Assembly: GCA_027625225.1 (NCBI GenBank)
Contig: JAQBWG010000001.1
Span: 1 to 54,807, forward strand
DNA: 54,807 bases
Reading direction: 5' to 3'
DNA from: Chloroflexota bacterium
GTDB taxonomy: Bacteria; Chloroflexota; Dehalococcoidia; Lucifugimonadales; VGZR01
Below the pieces are notes generated by a model. It did not search any database. It saw only the letters and a program-made list of their open reading frames with translations, and was not told the origin of the DNA. Positions 17,810 to 25,625 of the stretch are shown piece by piece (position 1 is the stretch's first letter; each line of letters starts with the position of its first letter). Made by a program: the position numbers and the translations under genes.

Positions 17810-18403
17810 TTATCGCAGGTCCATGATGACCTTGAGCTGGGCAGGGGTGTTGCGCTGGATGAGGAGGGTGGAGCCCTGGACGGGCTGGAGTCGTATATTG
17901 AAGGTGCTGGAGCTGCCCAGCGGGGTGGCGAGTCCGGTGAGGGTGACGGTGATTTCGACGCGCTCGCCGGGCTCGAGCAGGTTACCGGAGCCGATGACCC
18001 ACTTGGCCGACCATGCGCTGGTGGGGAGTTCGAGCGCCTGGGAGTCGTCGGAATACCTGACGGACATCTCGCTGTCGCCAGAGTTGGACAGGTTGACGGC
18101 CGCGCCGGAGTCGCCCGAGTTGGTGACGTAGAACACGAGCTTGTCCACGGTGTTGGGCGGCGTGCCGAAAGCGGTGACGGAGCCGCGGAGCAGGATGTTG
18201 GCGTTGGCTGAGTCGAGCCCGCTGAGTACGACTTCTTTGTTTTCGCCAGCGCTGAACACGCCGGTGCTTAGCATGACGAAGCCGAATACGGATGCGACGA
18301 CTATGAAGGCGATGAGAACGATGGCGGTTTCGATGGCGGACGCGCCACGCCGTTCACGTAGCAGTGATGCGAGGCTACGAGATGGCTGCAAGGTGCTGGG
18401 CAT
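17810..18403 (-). CDS. archaellin (archaeal flagellin)-like / class III signal peptide filament protein
   Basis: Track ORF 17810..18562 overlaps the upstream gene, so I use Met-54 (ATG 18403). The leader MPSTLQPSRSLASLLRERRG is followed by ASAIETAIVLIAFIVVASVFGFVMLSTGVFSAGENKEVVLSGL (archaellin N-terminal helix consensus, Glu at +5). The C-terminus is FNIRLQPVQGSTLLIQRNTP (archaellin-like). Confidence 0.7.
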   Translation of the reverse strand: MPSTLQPSRSLASLLRERRGASAIETAIVLIAFIVVASVFGFVMLSTGVFSAGENKEVVLSGLDSANANILLRGSVTAFGTPPNTVDKLVFYVTNSGDSGAAVNLSNSGDSEMSVRYSDDSQALELPTSAWSAKWVIGSGNLLEPGERVEITVTLTGLATPLGSSSTFNIRLQPVQGSTLLIQRNTPAQLKVIMDLR

Positions 18404-18452
18404 ACGTGCCGAGACGGTACCGACCAACCTTACGGCTGGCCGGTACGCCTTG

Positions 18453-18737
18453 TTATTCGGTAAGGGGCTTGCCTTCGGTGAAGCCAAACTTGGGGCCTTC
18501 AGCAGTGTTAATGACATCCACGTAGGTCTCGGGGAGGGTTTTTTCCAGCTCATTATCGACAACCAGCACGGGGACGCTGCGGTGCACGATTACGCGGTCG
18601 GTATCCTTGGGGCTGTCAGGGGCGAGCGAGAGGCTTCCATGGGTTCCACTAACCCGCATGATGACACCTTTCCCGAAATTCCCGGAGTTGACGTGGGCTA
18701 GGAGTCTCATCCCACCGTTCGCAGTGAGCTTAATCAT
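18453..18737 (-). CDS. HesB/IscA-like fold protein lacking the conserved cysteines
   Basis: 94 aa with an IscA-like pattern (MIKLT...VIMRVSG...VLVVDNEL...TYVDVI....GPKFGF) but no Cys at all. GAGGAAG lies 5 nt upstream of the ATG. Confidence 0.5.
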   Translation of the reverse strand: MIKLTANGGMRLLAHVNSGNFGKGVIMRVSGTHGSLSLAPDSPKDTDRVIVHRSVPVLVVDNELEKTLPETYVDVINTAEGPKFGFTEGKPLTE

Positions 18738-18897
18738 AGTTCTTCCTCATCTTTCGCTAGTGGGGTCAGTCCTACCTCTTGGCGGCACAATTCCCCAGCG
18801 ATGGGAGAAAGCTCTAAGAATCAAGCTTATCGGCAAGTGGTGACGAGGGCATCATACACTATTTTCGATGACCCAGTCCCAAGCCATGGAGGCGGTG

Positions 18898-19131
18898 CTA
18901 TCCGTTAGGGGACGGCACCGGGGTTGGTGTCGGTGAAGCGGTGGGTGTAGGAGAGGGCGTAGCGGTGGGCGACGGTTGGTTCGAGTTGTTGGCATCGTTC
19001 GGCGAAATTACCGGCGTGGCGGTAGGCGTGAGGGTGCTGGATGGCGTTGGGCTGGACGTGGCGGTCGGCGAAGGCGTCGGTTGAGCATTCACGCCAGGTG
19101 TCGGGGTTGCTATCGGTGTCGGCGTGGATTG
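18898..19131 (-). repeat. coding low-complexity Pro/Thr/Ser-rich C-terminal tail of the anti-sigma factor (77 aa)
   Basis: QSTPTPIATPTPGVNAQPTPSPTATSSPTPSS...PTPTASPTPTPVPSPNG. Imperfect ACN/CCN codon repeats. Confidence 0.8.
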
Positions 19132-20883
19132 AATAACGATTTGTATCAAGAATTCAACGCTGGTGGCCATTATGGTGCCGTTGGCGCGAACGATACCGGT
19201 GATACGCACGACATCTCCGACCTGAGGTGTGCGGCCCTGGCGAAGTACGCTGGCGGGAACCATTATTTCACGTCCGGCGACTATCCAGCGGTTGCCGTTG
19301 ATAATTTCGATCTGGGACTGGAAGTGGATGACGCTTTCGTCCGACTCGAGCCTGGGCGTGGGTGTCGGTGTGGCCGTCGGAACCGGTGTGGACGCGGGTA
19401 CCGGCGTAGAAGCTACCGCCGCCGTAGGCACGATGTCCGGCGTGACTGAGGGTGCCGGTGTTGGTGTCGGCGTTCGTTGCGGCGTATCGTCGTTGAGAGT
19501 GAGCCGGGTTGGAACAGCGGTCGCCGTCGGTACAGGCGTAGACGTCTGCTGAGGCGTCGCAGCAGGTGACGGTGTAGCCGTCGGAGTCGGCTGAACAGCG
19601 GTTGCGGTGGGTGTGGGCTGCGGTGGGCCTTCCTTACGGGCCTGAAGCACCCGCGGCTCTTGCGCAAATACGCGTACGACGGGGTTAAGAATGAATTCGT
19701 TCTGGCCGGTAACGACGATGGAACTCAGTCCGTCGAAGTCGAGGAATATGTGAGTGGTTTCGCCCTGGGCTACGCGAAATGGGCGGGTGAGACTGATGCT
19801 GCCGCCGGGTATCTTCACGGGATATTCGACGCCGGCTATGACTATTACGGAGTTGGTGATGCTGAACTGCACTTTCGTATAGGTGCCGGCCTCTACCTGT
19901 TGTTCGACGAGGAAGGAGTGCACGTCGGCAATCTTCAGCAGGTCGAATACCCGTGGTTCATCCAGTATGTCTATCCACCGGCTGCGTTCTCCCGCGGCGA
20001 GGTGTGCCTGGATATCGTTTACTTCTACGAGTACCGCTTCGGCATCGGGCGGCGGCGGGTCGGATGCCCAGAAACTGAGGGTACCCATGACGGTGGAAGC
20101 AGCCTGAGACGGAAGCTGGGCGGCGGCGGCTTCGATGCTGCCGCCGAACACTTCGCTGGAGGCGATGAATACGTCGCTTGCCGTTTCCTGAACGACTTCC
20201 GGAGCCTCCAGCAAGGTCGCCTGAAGCTTGGTGAGAGAGGTGGAGGCGCGCACTTCAAGCTTTTCCTTGAAGGCGATGGCGACGGCTTCGTCCTCCACCG
20301 ATTCGGCGAAGGACACGGCCCGTTGGAGGTTCTTCCGGAGGTCTTCTTGCACAGCGGCCACCTGTTCGGTGCTCCCGGAAGACACGAGGCTGCTGATTTC
20401 CTCGACCCTGCGGTCTGCGTAGACCAACTCGAGTTCCGCCTTTTCGGCGGGGGAGAATTCGAATGCTACACGCAGGTTTTCGGCGCTACGTTTTACGCCA
20501 TACAGGGTATCGCCCGGAATGGCGGTGTTGGAGGCGGTGATGATGCCGCTGCCGCCACCAAAGACTATCGCCAGAATGAGGGCTCCGGCCATAGCAGCTA
20601 CCCGAAGCTTGCTGCCGAAGAGGACATCCAGCCATGATGTCTGCGGCGGGGTGGTTTCAAGCTCCCGTTTGGCTTGCTGTAGTTGCTGCCATCCGCGGGA
20701 CTTGGCGGCGGCGGATACAGGAACCTGCCGGTATTGCATGAGCCAATCGGTGATGGTGGCGAGCGCGGGTTCGAGTTCCGCGCGGAACCCAGGATACAGG
20801 TCAAGGCAGTGCTGAACCGACTCGCCCTTAAAGGCGATGCGGTCTATGCACTCGTCCAGTATCTTGTCAAACTCTTGCGTCAT
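18898..20883 (-). CDS. anti-sigma factor, single-pass membrane protein with DUF5667/DUF4382/DUF5666-like extracytoplasmic domains and two Pro/Thr-rich linkers
   Basis: The ATG overlaps the sigma gene stop (ATGA). It has an N-terminal cytoplasmic helix bundle, a TM helix (AAMAGALILAIVFGG), and a long periplasmic part. Confidence 0.75.
   Translation of the reverse strand: MTQEFDKILDECIDRIAFKGESVQHCLDLYPGFRAELEPALATITDWLMQYRQVPVSAAAKSRGWQQLQQAKRELETTPPQTSWLDVLFGSKLRVAAMAGALILAIVFGGGSGIITASNTAIPGDTLYGVKRSAENLRVAFEFSPAEKAELELVYADRRVEEISSLVSSGSTEQVAAVQEDLRKNLQRAVSFAESVEDEAVAIAFKEKLEVRASTSLTKLQATLLEAPEVVQETASDVFIASSEVFGGSIEAAAAQLPSQAASTVMGTLSFWASDPPPPDAEAVLVEVNDIQAHLAAGERSRWIDILDEPRVFDLLKIADVHSFLVEQQVEAGTYTKVQFSITNSVIVIAGVEYPVKIPGGSISLTRPFRVAQGETTHIFLDFDGLSSIVVTGQNEFILNPVVRVFAQEPRVLQARKEGPPQPTPTATAVQPTPTATPSPAATPQQTSTPVPTATAVPTRLTLNDDTPQRTPTPTPAPSVTPDIVPTAAVASTPVPASTPVPTATPTPTPRLESDESVIHFQSQIEIINGNRWIVAGREIMVPASVLRQGRTPQVGDVVRITGIVRANGTIMATSVEFLIQIVIQSTPTPIATPTPGVNAQPTPSPTATSSPTPSSTLTPTATPVISPNDANNSNQPSPTATPSPTPTASPTPTPVPSPNG
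19354..19632 (-). repeat. coding low-complexity Pro/Thr-rich linker of the anti-sigma factor (93 aa)
   Basis: EGPPQPTPTATAVQPTPTATPSPAATP...STPVPTATPTPTP. Coordinates were verified against the codons for PTPRLESDES. Confidence 0.8.
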
Positions 20884-21425
20884 GCTTCCTTCGAGTCCAT
20901 GTTTTCTTTCAGCAGTTCACGTAGCTTTTTGATGGCCGCGCTCTGCATCTCTCTGACGGCACCAGGTTTTTTGCCGAGGGCTTTTGCGGCCTGCTCAGAG
21001 GTCATCTCCGCGCCAAACCGAAGCTGGAGCACCCTGCGTTGTGCTTCGGAAATTCCGGCCATTGCGTCGTTCAACGTGCCAAGCTCGTCGCGGCGTTCGG
21101 CAGATTCGGTGGGGTCACCCAACGAGGTTGGTTTTCGAAGGGCTTCGTCCAGTTCGACGGATTCAGGCCTGCGTGTGCGCTTACGCAGATGGTCGACCAC
21201 GATGTTGTGAGCGATGCGGATAATCCATGTTTCGAGGGGAGGGCCTTGGGCGGTATACTTATGAGAAGAGCGAAGGGCGCGAGTGAAGACTTCGCTGGCG
21301 AGGTCTTCCGCTTCGTGCATATTTCCAATACGTGCGTATATATACCGGGCCACACGCTCGTATTGCGTTTGGTATAGCTCGGCGATTGCGTCGCGAATCT
21401 CGGACGACCCGCGACTACCCGGCAC
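20880..21425 (-). CDS. ECF-type RNA polymerase sigma-70 family factor
   Basis: Region 2 (WIIRIAHNIVVDHLRKR) and region 4 (AQRRVLQLRF...MTSEQAAKALGKKPGAVREMQSAAIKKLR). GTG start. Confidence 0.9.
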   Translation of the reverse strand: MPGSRGSSEIRDAIAELYQTQYERVARYIYARIGNMHEAEDLASEVFTRALRSSHKYTAQGPPLETWIIRIAHNIVVDHLRKRTRRPESVELDEALRKPTSLGDPTESAERRDELGTLNDAMAGISEAQRRVLQLRFGAEMTSEQAAKALGKKPGAVREMQSAAIKKLRELLKENMDSKEA

Positions 21426-21507
21426 CCTGCCTGTCCCCGGTAGAGTTCACGTATTAATTGTAGGGCACTGCTTCGCCTTCTCATCGGATTAGCCACCCCA
21501 ATGCGGC

Positions 21508-21540
21508 GTATAGACAACATGTCCGTTTAGGTGTCTATAC
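21508..21540. promoter_or_regulatory. 9-bp perfect inverted repeat upstream of the ECF sigma gene (candidate operator or hairpin)
   Basis: GTATAGACA-N15-TGTCTATAC. The spacer contains the palindrome ACATGT. Lies 83-115 nt upstream of the sigma start. Confidence 0.3.
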
Positions 21541-21861
21541 GTCTGTGGCCATGTCGAAGCGGGTTACTGGTCATAGCAAACCTCCGGTAGTACCGAATGG
21601 ATTTGCTCCCAACTGCGCGATAAGAAACGACCGGGTCTAATGCCGGTGTAAGAGGTATTCGGTTCGTAATACAAGATTCGGGCTGACGCGGCCCTTGACG
21701 GTTGGCCATACTCAGTCCTTACCTGTCCAGTTAATCCCCAGATACATAGTGTGCACTCTGGTCTGTTTATACATGCTCTATCCTGCCTCGTTAACTCGAC
21801 AGGTAATAACGTCTGAGCATGCGGAATGTCAGGTTTTGGACGACAAATTTCGGGAGATGAA

Positions 21862-21904
21862 GAAAAAATAGGCAGGGGCGTTCCCATATGATCGGAACGC
21901 CCCT
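21862..21904 (-). terminator. intrinsic terminator of the FNR gene
   Basis: AGGGGCGTTCC / GGAACGCCCCT is an 11-bp stem. On the minus strand it is followed by GCCTATTTTTTCT and begins 29 nt after the stop. Confidence 0.75.
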
Positions 21905-21932
21905 ACAGAAAGTCGCTAGGTTGTGAGAGGAA

Positions 21933-22694
21933 TCAGTCTTCTTTCCAGAAACGCTCTTCCTCGACGCGGTAGCCCTTGGGGGTCATGCGGGCTTTGACGT
22001 CTTCGATCATGCCGGGGTGGCCGCAGGCGTAGACGATGGAGTTTTCGGCGGTGCAGCCGAACTTTGCGGCGTATTCCTCGACGATATTGTTCACACGTCC
22101 GGTGATGCCCTTCCAGCCGTTGTTGCGCGCTTCTGCGGGCCGGCTGATGGTGGGCACGAAGGTGACGAGGTCGGGATGGTCCTTTGCGAGCGCTTCAAAC
22201 TCGCCGTCGTAGGTAAATTCGTCAATATAGCTGGCGCCGAACAGGACGTAGAACTGGTGGCCCGACTGGTTGTCGTGCAGATACTGGCGGATGATGCTGA
22301 TGTAGGGCACGATGCCAGTGACGGTGCCGACCATGAGCTGCTTGGGCATGTCGGGTTTGAATGTGAAGATACCTTTGGCACGGGGCCGAATGGAGAGGGT
22401 GTCGCCTTCCTTCAGTTCCCATATCTTGGGGGTAAGGACGCCGCCCTCAGAAAGTGGGACGAGCTCGACAAATAACTCAAGGTTTTCTTCGTAGGGTGCG
22501 GAGATGATGGAGTAGGCGCGCTCAATGCCATCCAAACCGATGGTGCAGTACTGTCCGGCTTTGAAGGTGTAGCCTTCGGGCCGCTGAATCCACATCTTGA
22601 TGAGTTCGGGGGTTGTGTCTATCCGCTTGAGGACTTTGGTTTCGAGAAGTTTTTTGGGTGCTACTTGCTGCGCTGCCGCTGGTGCTTGGTCCAC
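21933..22694 (-). CDS. ferredoxin--NADP(+) reductase-type FAD/NAD(P)-binding oxidoreductase
   Basis: RAYSIIS (RxYS FAD motif) and a GTGIVP-like NAD(P) motif (GTVTGIVP). About 250 aa, a two-domain FNR architecture. GTG start. Confidence 0.85.
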   Translation of the reverse strand: MDQAPAAAQQVAPKKLLETKVLKRIDTTPELIKMWIQRPEGYTFKAGQYCTIGLDGIERAYSIISAPYEENLELFVELVPLSEGGVLTPKIWELKEGDTLSIRPRAKGIFTFKPDMPKQLMVGTVTGIVPYISIIRQYLHDNQSGHQFYVLFGASYIDEFTYDGEFEALAKDHPDLVTFVPTISRPAEARNNGWKGITGRVNNIVEEYAAKFGCTAENSIVYACGHPGMIEDVKARMTPKGYRVEEERFWKED

Positions 22695-22813
22695 TACACA
22701 CTCACTTTAGAAATATTTCGCCCCCGGAGTTTTCATGTTGCCATAGCGATTGGGCGTTCGCAAGGCAAATAAGGACTGTCTCACGTATTTCAGACGCGCT
22801 TGTTGCCCCAGGG

Positions 22814-25624
22814 TTAGTCGTCGGCTGCCATTTCGGCGTCGAGGGCGGGAGCTTCAGCTTTTTCCATACGCACATGGGTGAGGGGCAAGCCGGGGACGTG
22901 AATCATGGGGTCTGGATATTTGCTGGTATCGAGCTGGATGGCTAGCTCGCCGAACAACGAGGTCATTCCAATCATGCCCTTGTGCGGGCCGGTGAGGCGG
23001 GCTACGCCCCGAATCTGTTCGGAGCCGGATGTGATTTCGACCCAGTCGCCTTCGGCAACTTCGGCCTTTTTGGCATCGGCTGGGTGCAGTTCGACGATTT
23101 CGTCGCGGCGGACGGTGTTCTTGCGGGTGCCTTCAACGACTTCCATCTCAAGGTCGGCATCGAACAGGATGCGGCCGCGGGCAAGTACGAAGGGGAAGTC
23201 TTTGTCCTTGTGAGCCTTCGGCTCGTGGAGCTTGACTGCCGAGAAGGCGAATTTGGTTTTGTCGTCGTATAACGTGCGCGTGCCCACGGAGTCCGATGTG
23301 GGTGCCGGCCACTGGACGCCACCCCTGGCGACCTTGGGGTAGGTGAGTCCGGCGTAGGAGGGTACAAGCTGGCGAATCTCGTCGAAGATGGCCTGGGTGT
23401 TTTCCTGGTCGAAGCCTTCGATGTTCATGCGGCGGGCGATGCGGCAGAGGATGTGCCAGGTGGCCTCTTCCTCTCCCTTGGGACCGATAGCAGGATGAAG
23501 GAGTTGCACGCGCCGTTCAAGGTTGGTGTAGGTGCCGTCCTTCTCGGCGAAGGTGGAGGACGGAAGGACGACGTGAGCGAGTTTACCGACATCGCTGATG
23601 AAGCCGTCCTGGACGACGAGCAGGTCGAGTTGCGCTAGGGCTCCAAGGAAGCCGGGAAGCTGTCCGTTGGTGAAATTGATGCTGTCGCCGATGATGTGCA
23701 GGGCGGTGATGTTGCCGTCGTTGATGGCGGCGGTGATTTCCTGCAGGGAAAGTCCCTTTTCGGCAGATAGATCAACGCTCCACTTTTTGCTTACTTCGGC
23801 GAGGGCTTTTTTGTCGTCGAGGCGACGATAGCCAGGGAGCAGGTTAGGGGCGCAGCCGACATCCTTGGCGCCCTGTTCGTTGGTGCCGAGGAACAGCGGA
23901 TAGAGGCCAGTGCCGGGCTTGCCGAGGTTTCCGGTGGCGAGCGCGAGGTTTGCCAGGGCGCGGACGCAGTCGGGGCGCTGTTCGGCGGTGACGGTTTCAA
24001 GAGCATAGAGGATAGCGCCGGGCTTGGTCAGGCCGATGAGCCGGGCGGCTTCCTGAATCTGTTCCCCGGAAACTCCGGTGGTTTTTTCGACAGTGGCAAG
24101 GTCGAAGTCAGCAACGGCGGCTTTGAGGGCGTCGAGGCCGTCGGTTCGGTTAGCGATGAACTCGCCGTCGGCGAGAGATTCGTCCAGGATGACGCGGAGC
24201 ATACCGCCGATGAGGGCAGCCTCGGTGTCCGGCTTGGGCCGCAGCCAGTGGGTAGCGAAGCGGGTCATCTCGGTCTCGCGCTGGTCAATAACGACGACCT
24301 TGGAGCCGGCGCGGACGGCACGTTTGATGGGCACGCCGACAACGTTCTGCTCTTCGGTGAGGTTACTAGAGACGATGAGGAATGCCTTGGATTCTTCCAG
24401 GCCCCAGACGGTGTTGGTGGCAGCGGGATGGCCGAGGGCTTCGCCAAGGGTGGCGGTGAGCTCGGGGCGAAGGTTGGAGGACACGTCCACGTTGTTGCTG
24501 CCCATGACGACACGAGTAAACTTCTGGGCGAGGAAGGCCTCTTCGTTAGTGTTACGCGGGGAGACGATAAGGCCGTACTTGCCTTTATGGCCGGGGAGAC
24601 GTTCGACGAGATAGTCGAGAGCGTCGTTCCAGGTGGCCGCCTTCAGTTCGTCGCCGGCGCGGAGCATGGGCTGTTTGAGCTGGTTCTTACTGTTCACATA
24701 GTTGAGGCCGAACTTACCTTTGAAACAGGCCTGACCGTGGTTGGCCTCGGCGTCGCGGTCGGGGATGGAGCGGATGACCTGGTTGCGCTTGTTGATTTCG
24801 AGGGTGAGCTGGCAGCCGACGGGGCAATGCGGGCAGGTGGTGGTGACGGTGCGGGAGGCCTTCTCCCACTTGTAGGCGTGCTCGACGAGTGCGCCGGTGG
24901 GGCAGGCGTCGATACATGCGCCGCAGAATTCGCAGCCGGATTCCAACAGGGAGGTGCCCTGGGAGGTGCCGATGAGGCTCTTACCGGCACGGTTGAGGAA
25001 GGTGAGCGCGGTATCACCGCGTATCTCGTCGCAGACGCGCACGCACCGTCCGCAAACGATGCAGAGGTTCATATCCATGTCCCAGAACGGGTCTTTCACC
25101 GACAGGGGAAGGTTGCGGTTGTTGTAGGTGAGTGGAGTCTCCATGTCCATGTCGAGCCAGCGGACGGTGTCTTTCAATTCGCAGCGCTCGTTCTTGGGGC
25201 AGGTGACGCAGCGGTCGTTGACGGCGACGTGGCGCAGGCAAACGTCGGAGGGACCACAGAGCTCGACGCGGTGGCAGGTGAGACAGCCGTGGGGATGCTC
25301 GGAAAGGAGCAAGTCCATGATGCCGCGACGGAGCTCGACCACTTCGGGAATCTTGGTCTGCACAACCATACCCTCGGCGATGGGTGTGGTGCAGGAAGCC
25401 GGGCTTCCGGGCAAGGAGCGCATGTTGCCGTCGGGGCCGGGCGCCTCGGCTTTCACCACACACATGCGGCAGGCGCCGAATGGTTTGGTATCGGGGTAGT
25501 AACACAGATAGGGGATGTAGACTCCGGCGTCCATCGCTGCCTGGAGAATCATCTGGCCCGGCTTGGCCTTGATTTCCTTGCCGTCAATGGTGAGGTTTAT
25601 CTGTTTGGGAGGCGCCTGGGTCAT
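22814..25624 (-). CDS. NuoG-like / formate-dehydrogenase-alpha-like molybdopterin-oxidoreductase-fold subunit (2Fe-2S, His-ligated 4Fe-4S, 2x4Fe-4S, MopB domain)
   Basis: 936 aa. It has an N-terminal 2Fe-2S ferredoxin fold, HPHGCLTCHRVELC, CIVCGRCVRVC, CEFCGACIDACP, and the MopB cluster CPHCPVGC. By-eye alignment to E. coli FdhF puts Arg-Pro where Sec-His sits. The start is 1 nt after the nuoF-like stop. Confidence 0.85.
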   Translation of the reverse strand: MTQAPPKQINLTIDGKEIKAKPGQMILQAAMDAGVYIPYLCYYPDTKPFGACRMCVVKAEAPGPDGNMRSLPGSPASCTTPIAEGMVVQTKIPEVVELRRGIMDLLLSEHPHGCLTCHRVELCGPSDVCLRHVAVNDRCVTCPKNERCELKDTVRWLDMDMETPLTYNNRNLPLSVKDPFWDMDMNLCIVCGRCVRVCDEIRGDTALTFLNRAGKSLIGTSQGTSLLESGCEFCGACIDACPTGALVEHAYKWEKASRTVTTTCPHCPVGCQLTLEINKRNQVIRSIPDRDAEANHGQACFKGKFGLNYVNSKNQLKQPMLRAGDELKAATWNDALDYLVERLPGHKGKYGLIVSPRNTNEEAFLAQKFTRVVMGSNNVDVSSNLRPELTATLGEALGHPAATNTVWGLEESKAFLIVSSNLTEEQNVVGVPIKRAVRAGSKVVVIDQRETEMTRFATHWLRPKPDTEAALIGGMLRVILDESLADGEFIANRTDGLDALKAAVADFDLATVEKTTGVSGEQIQEAARLIGLTKPGAILYALETVTAEQRPDCVRALANLALATGNLGKPGTGLYPLFLGTNEQGAKDVGCAPNLLPGYRRLDDKKALAEVSKKWSVDLSAEKGLSLQEITAAINDGNITALHIIGDSINFTNGQLPGFLGALAQLDLLVVQDGFISDVGKLAHVVLPSSTFAEKDGTYTNLERRVQLLHPAIGPKGEEEATWHILCRIARRMNIEGFDQENTQAIFDEIRQLVPSYAGLTYPKVARGGVQWPAPTSDSVGTRTLYDDKTKFAFSAVKLHEPKAHKDKDFPFVLARGRILFDADLEMEVVEGTRKNTVRRDEIVELHPADAKKAEVAEGDWVEITSGSEQIRGVARLTGPHKGMIGMTSLFGELAIQLDTSKYPDPMIHVPGLPLTHVRMEKAEAPALDAEMAADD

Positions 25625-25625
25625 A

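Noticed and set aside
18738-18897. Looked for an ECF-type promoter (GGAAC/TGAAC -35 with CGTC-like -10) shared between this gap and the region upstream of the sigma gene.
   Set aside because: Only loose matches were found (GGAAT-N18-GACT here, GTGAAC too close to the sigma start). There is no shared motif, so no promoter is claimed.
18898-19632. Repetitive ACC/CCG/ACG-rich DNA that might be taken for a tandem repeat or CRISPR-like array.
   Set aside because: The repeats are imperfect with no spacer/repeat periodicity, and they lie in frame within the anti-sigma ORF as Pro/Thr linkers. This is coding low complexity, not an array.
21527-21887. Track ORFs of 60 and 107 aa in the large intergenic region.
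   Set aside because: Implausible amino-acid composition and no SD. The longer one reads through the FNR terminator hairpin. Treated as non-coding.
22814-25624. Calling the 936-aa protein a bona fide NAD-dependent formate dehydrogenase alpha subunit.
   Set aside because: By-eye alignment to FdhF puts Arg-Pro where Sec/Cys-His must be, so only a generic NuoG/FdhA-like call is justified.
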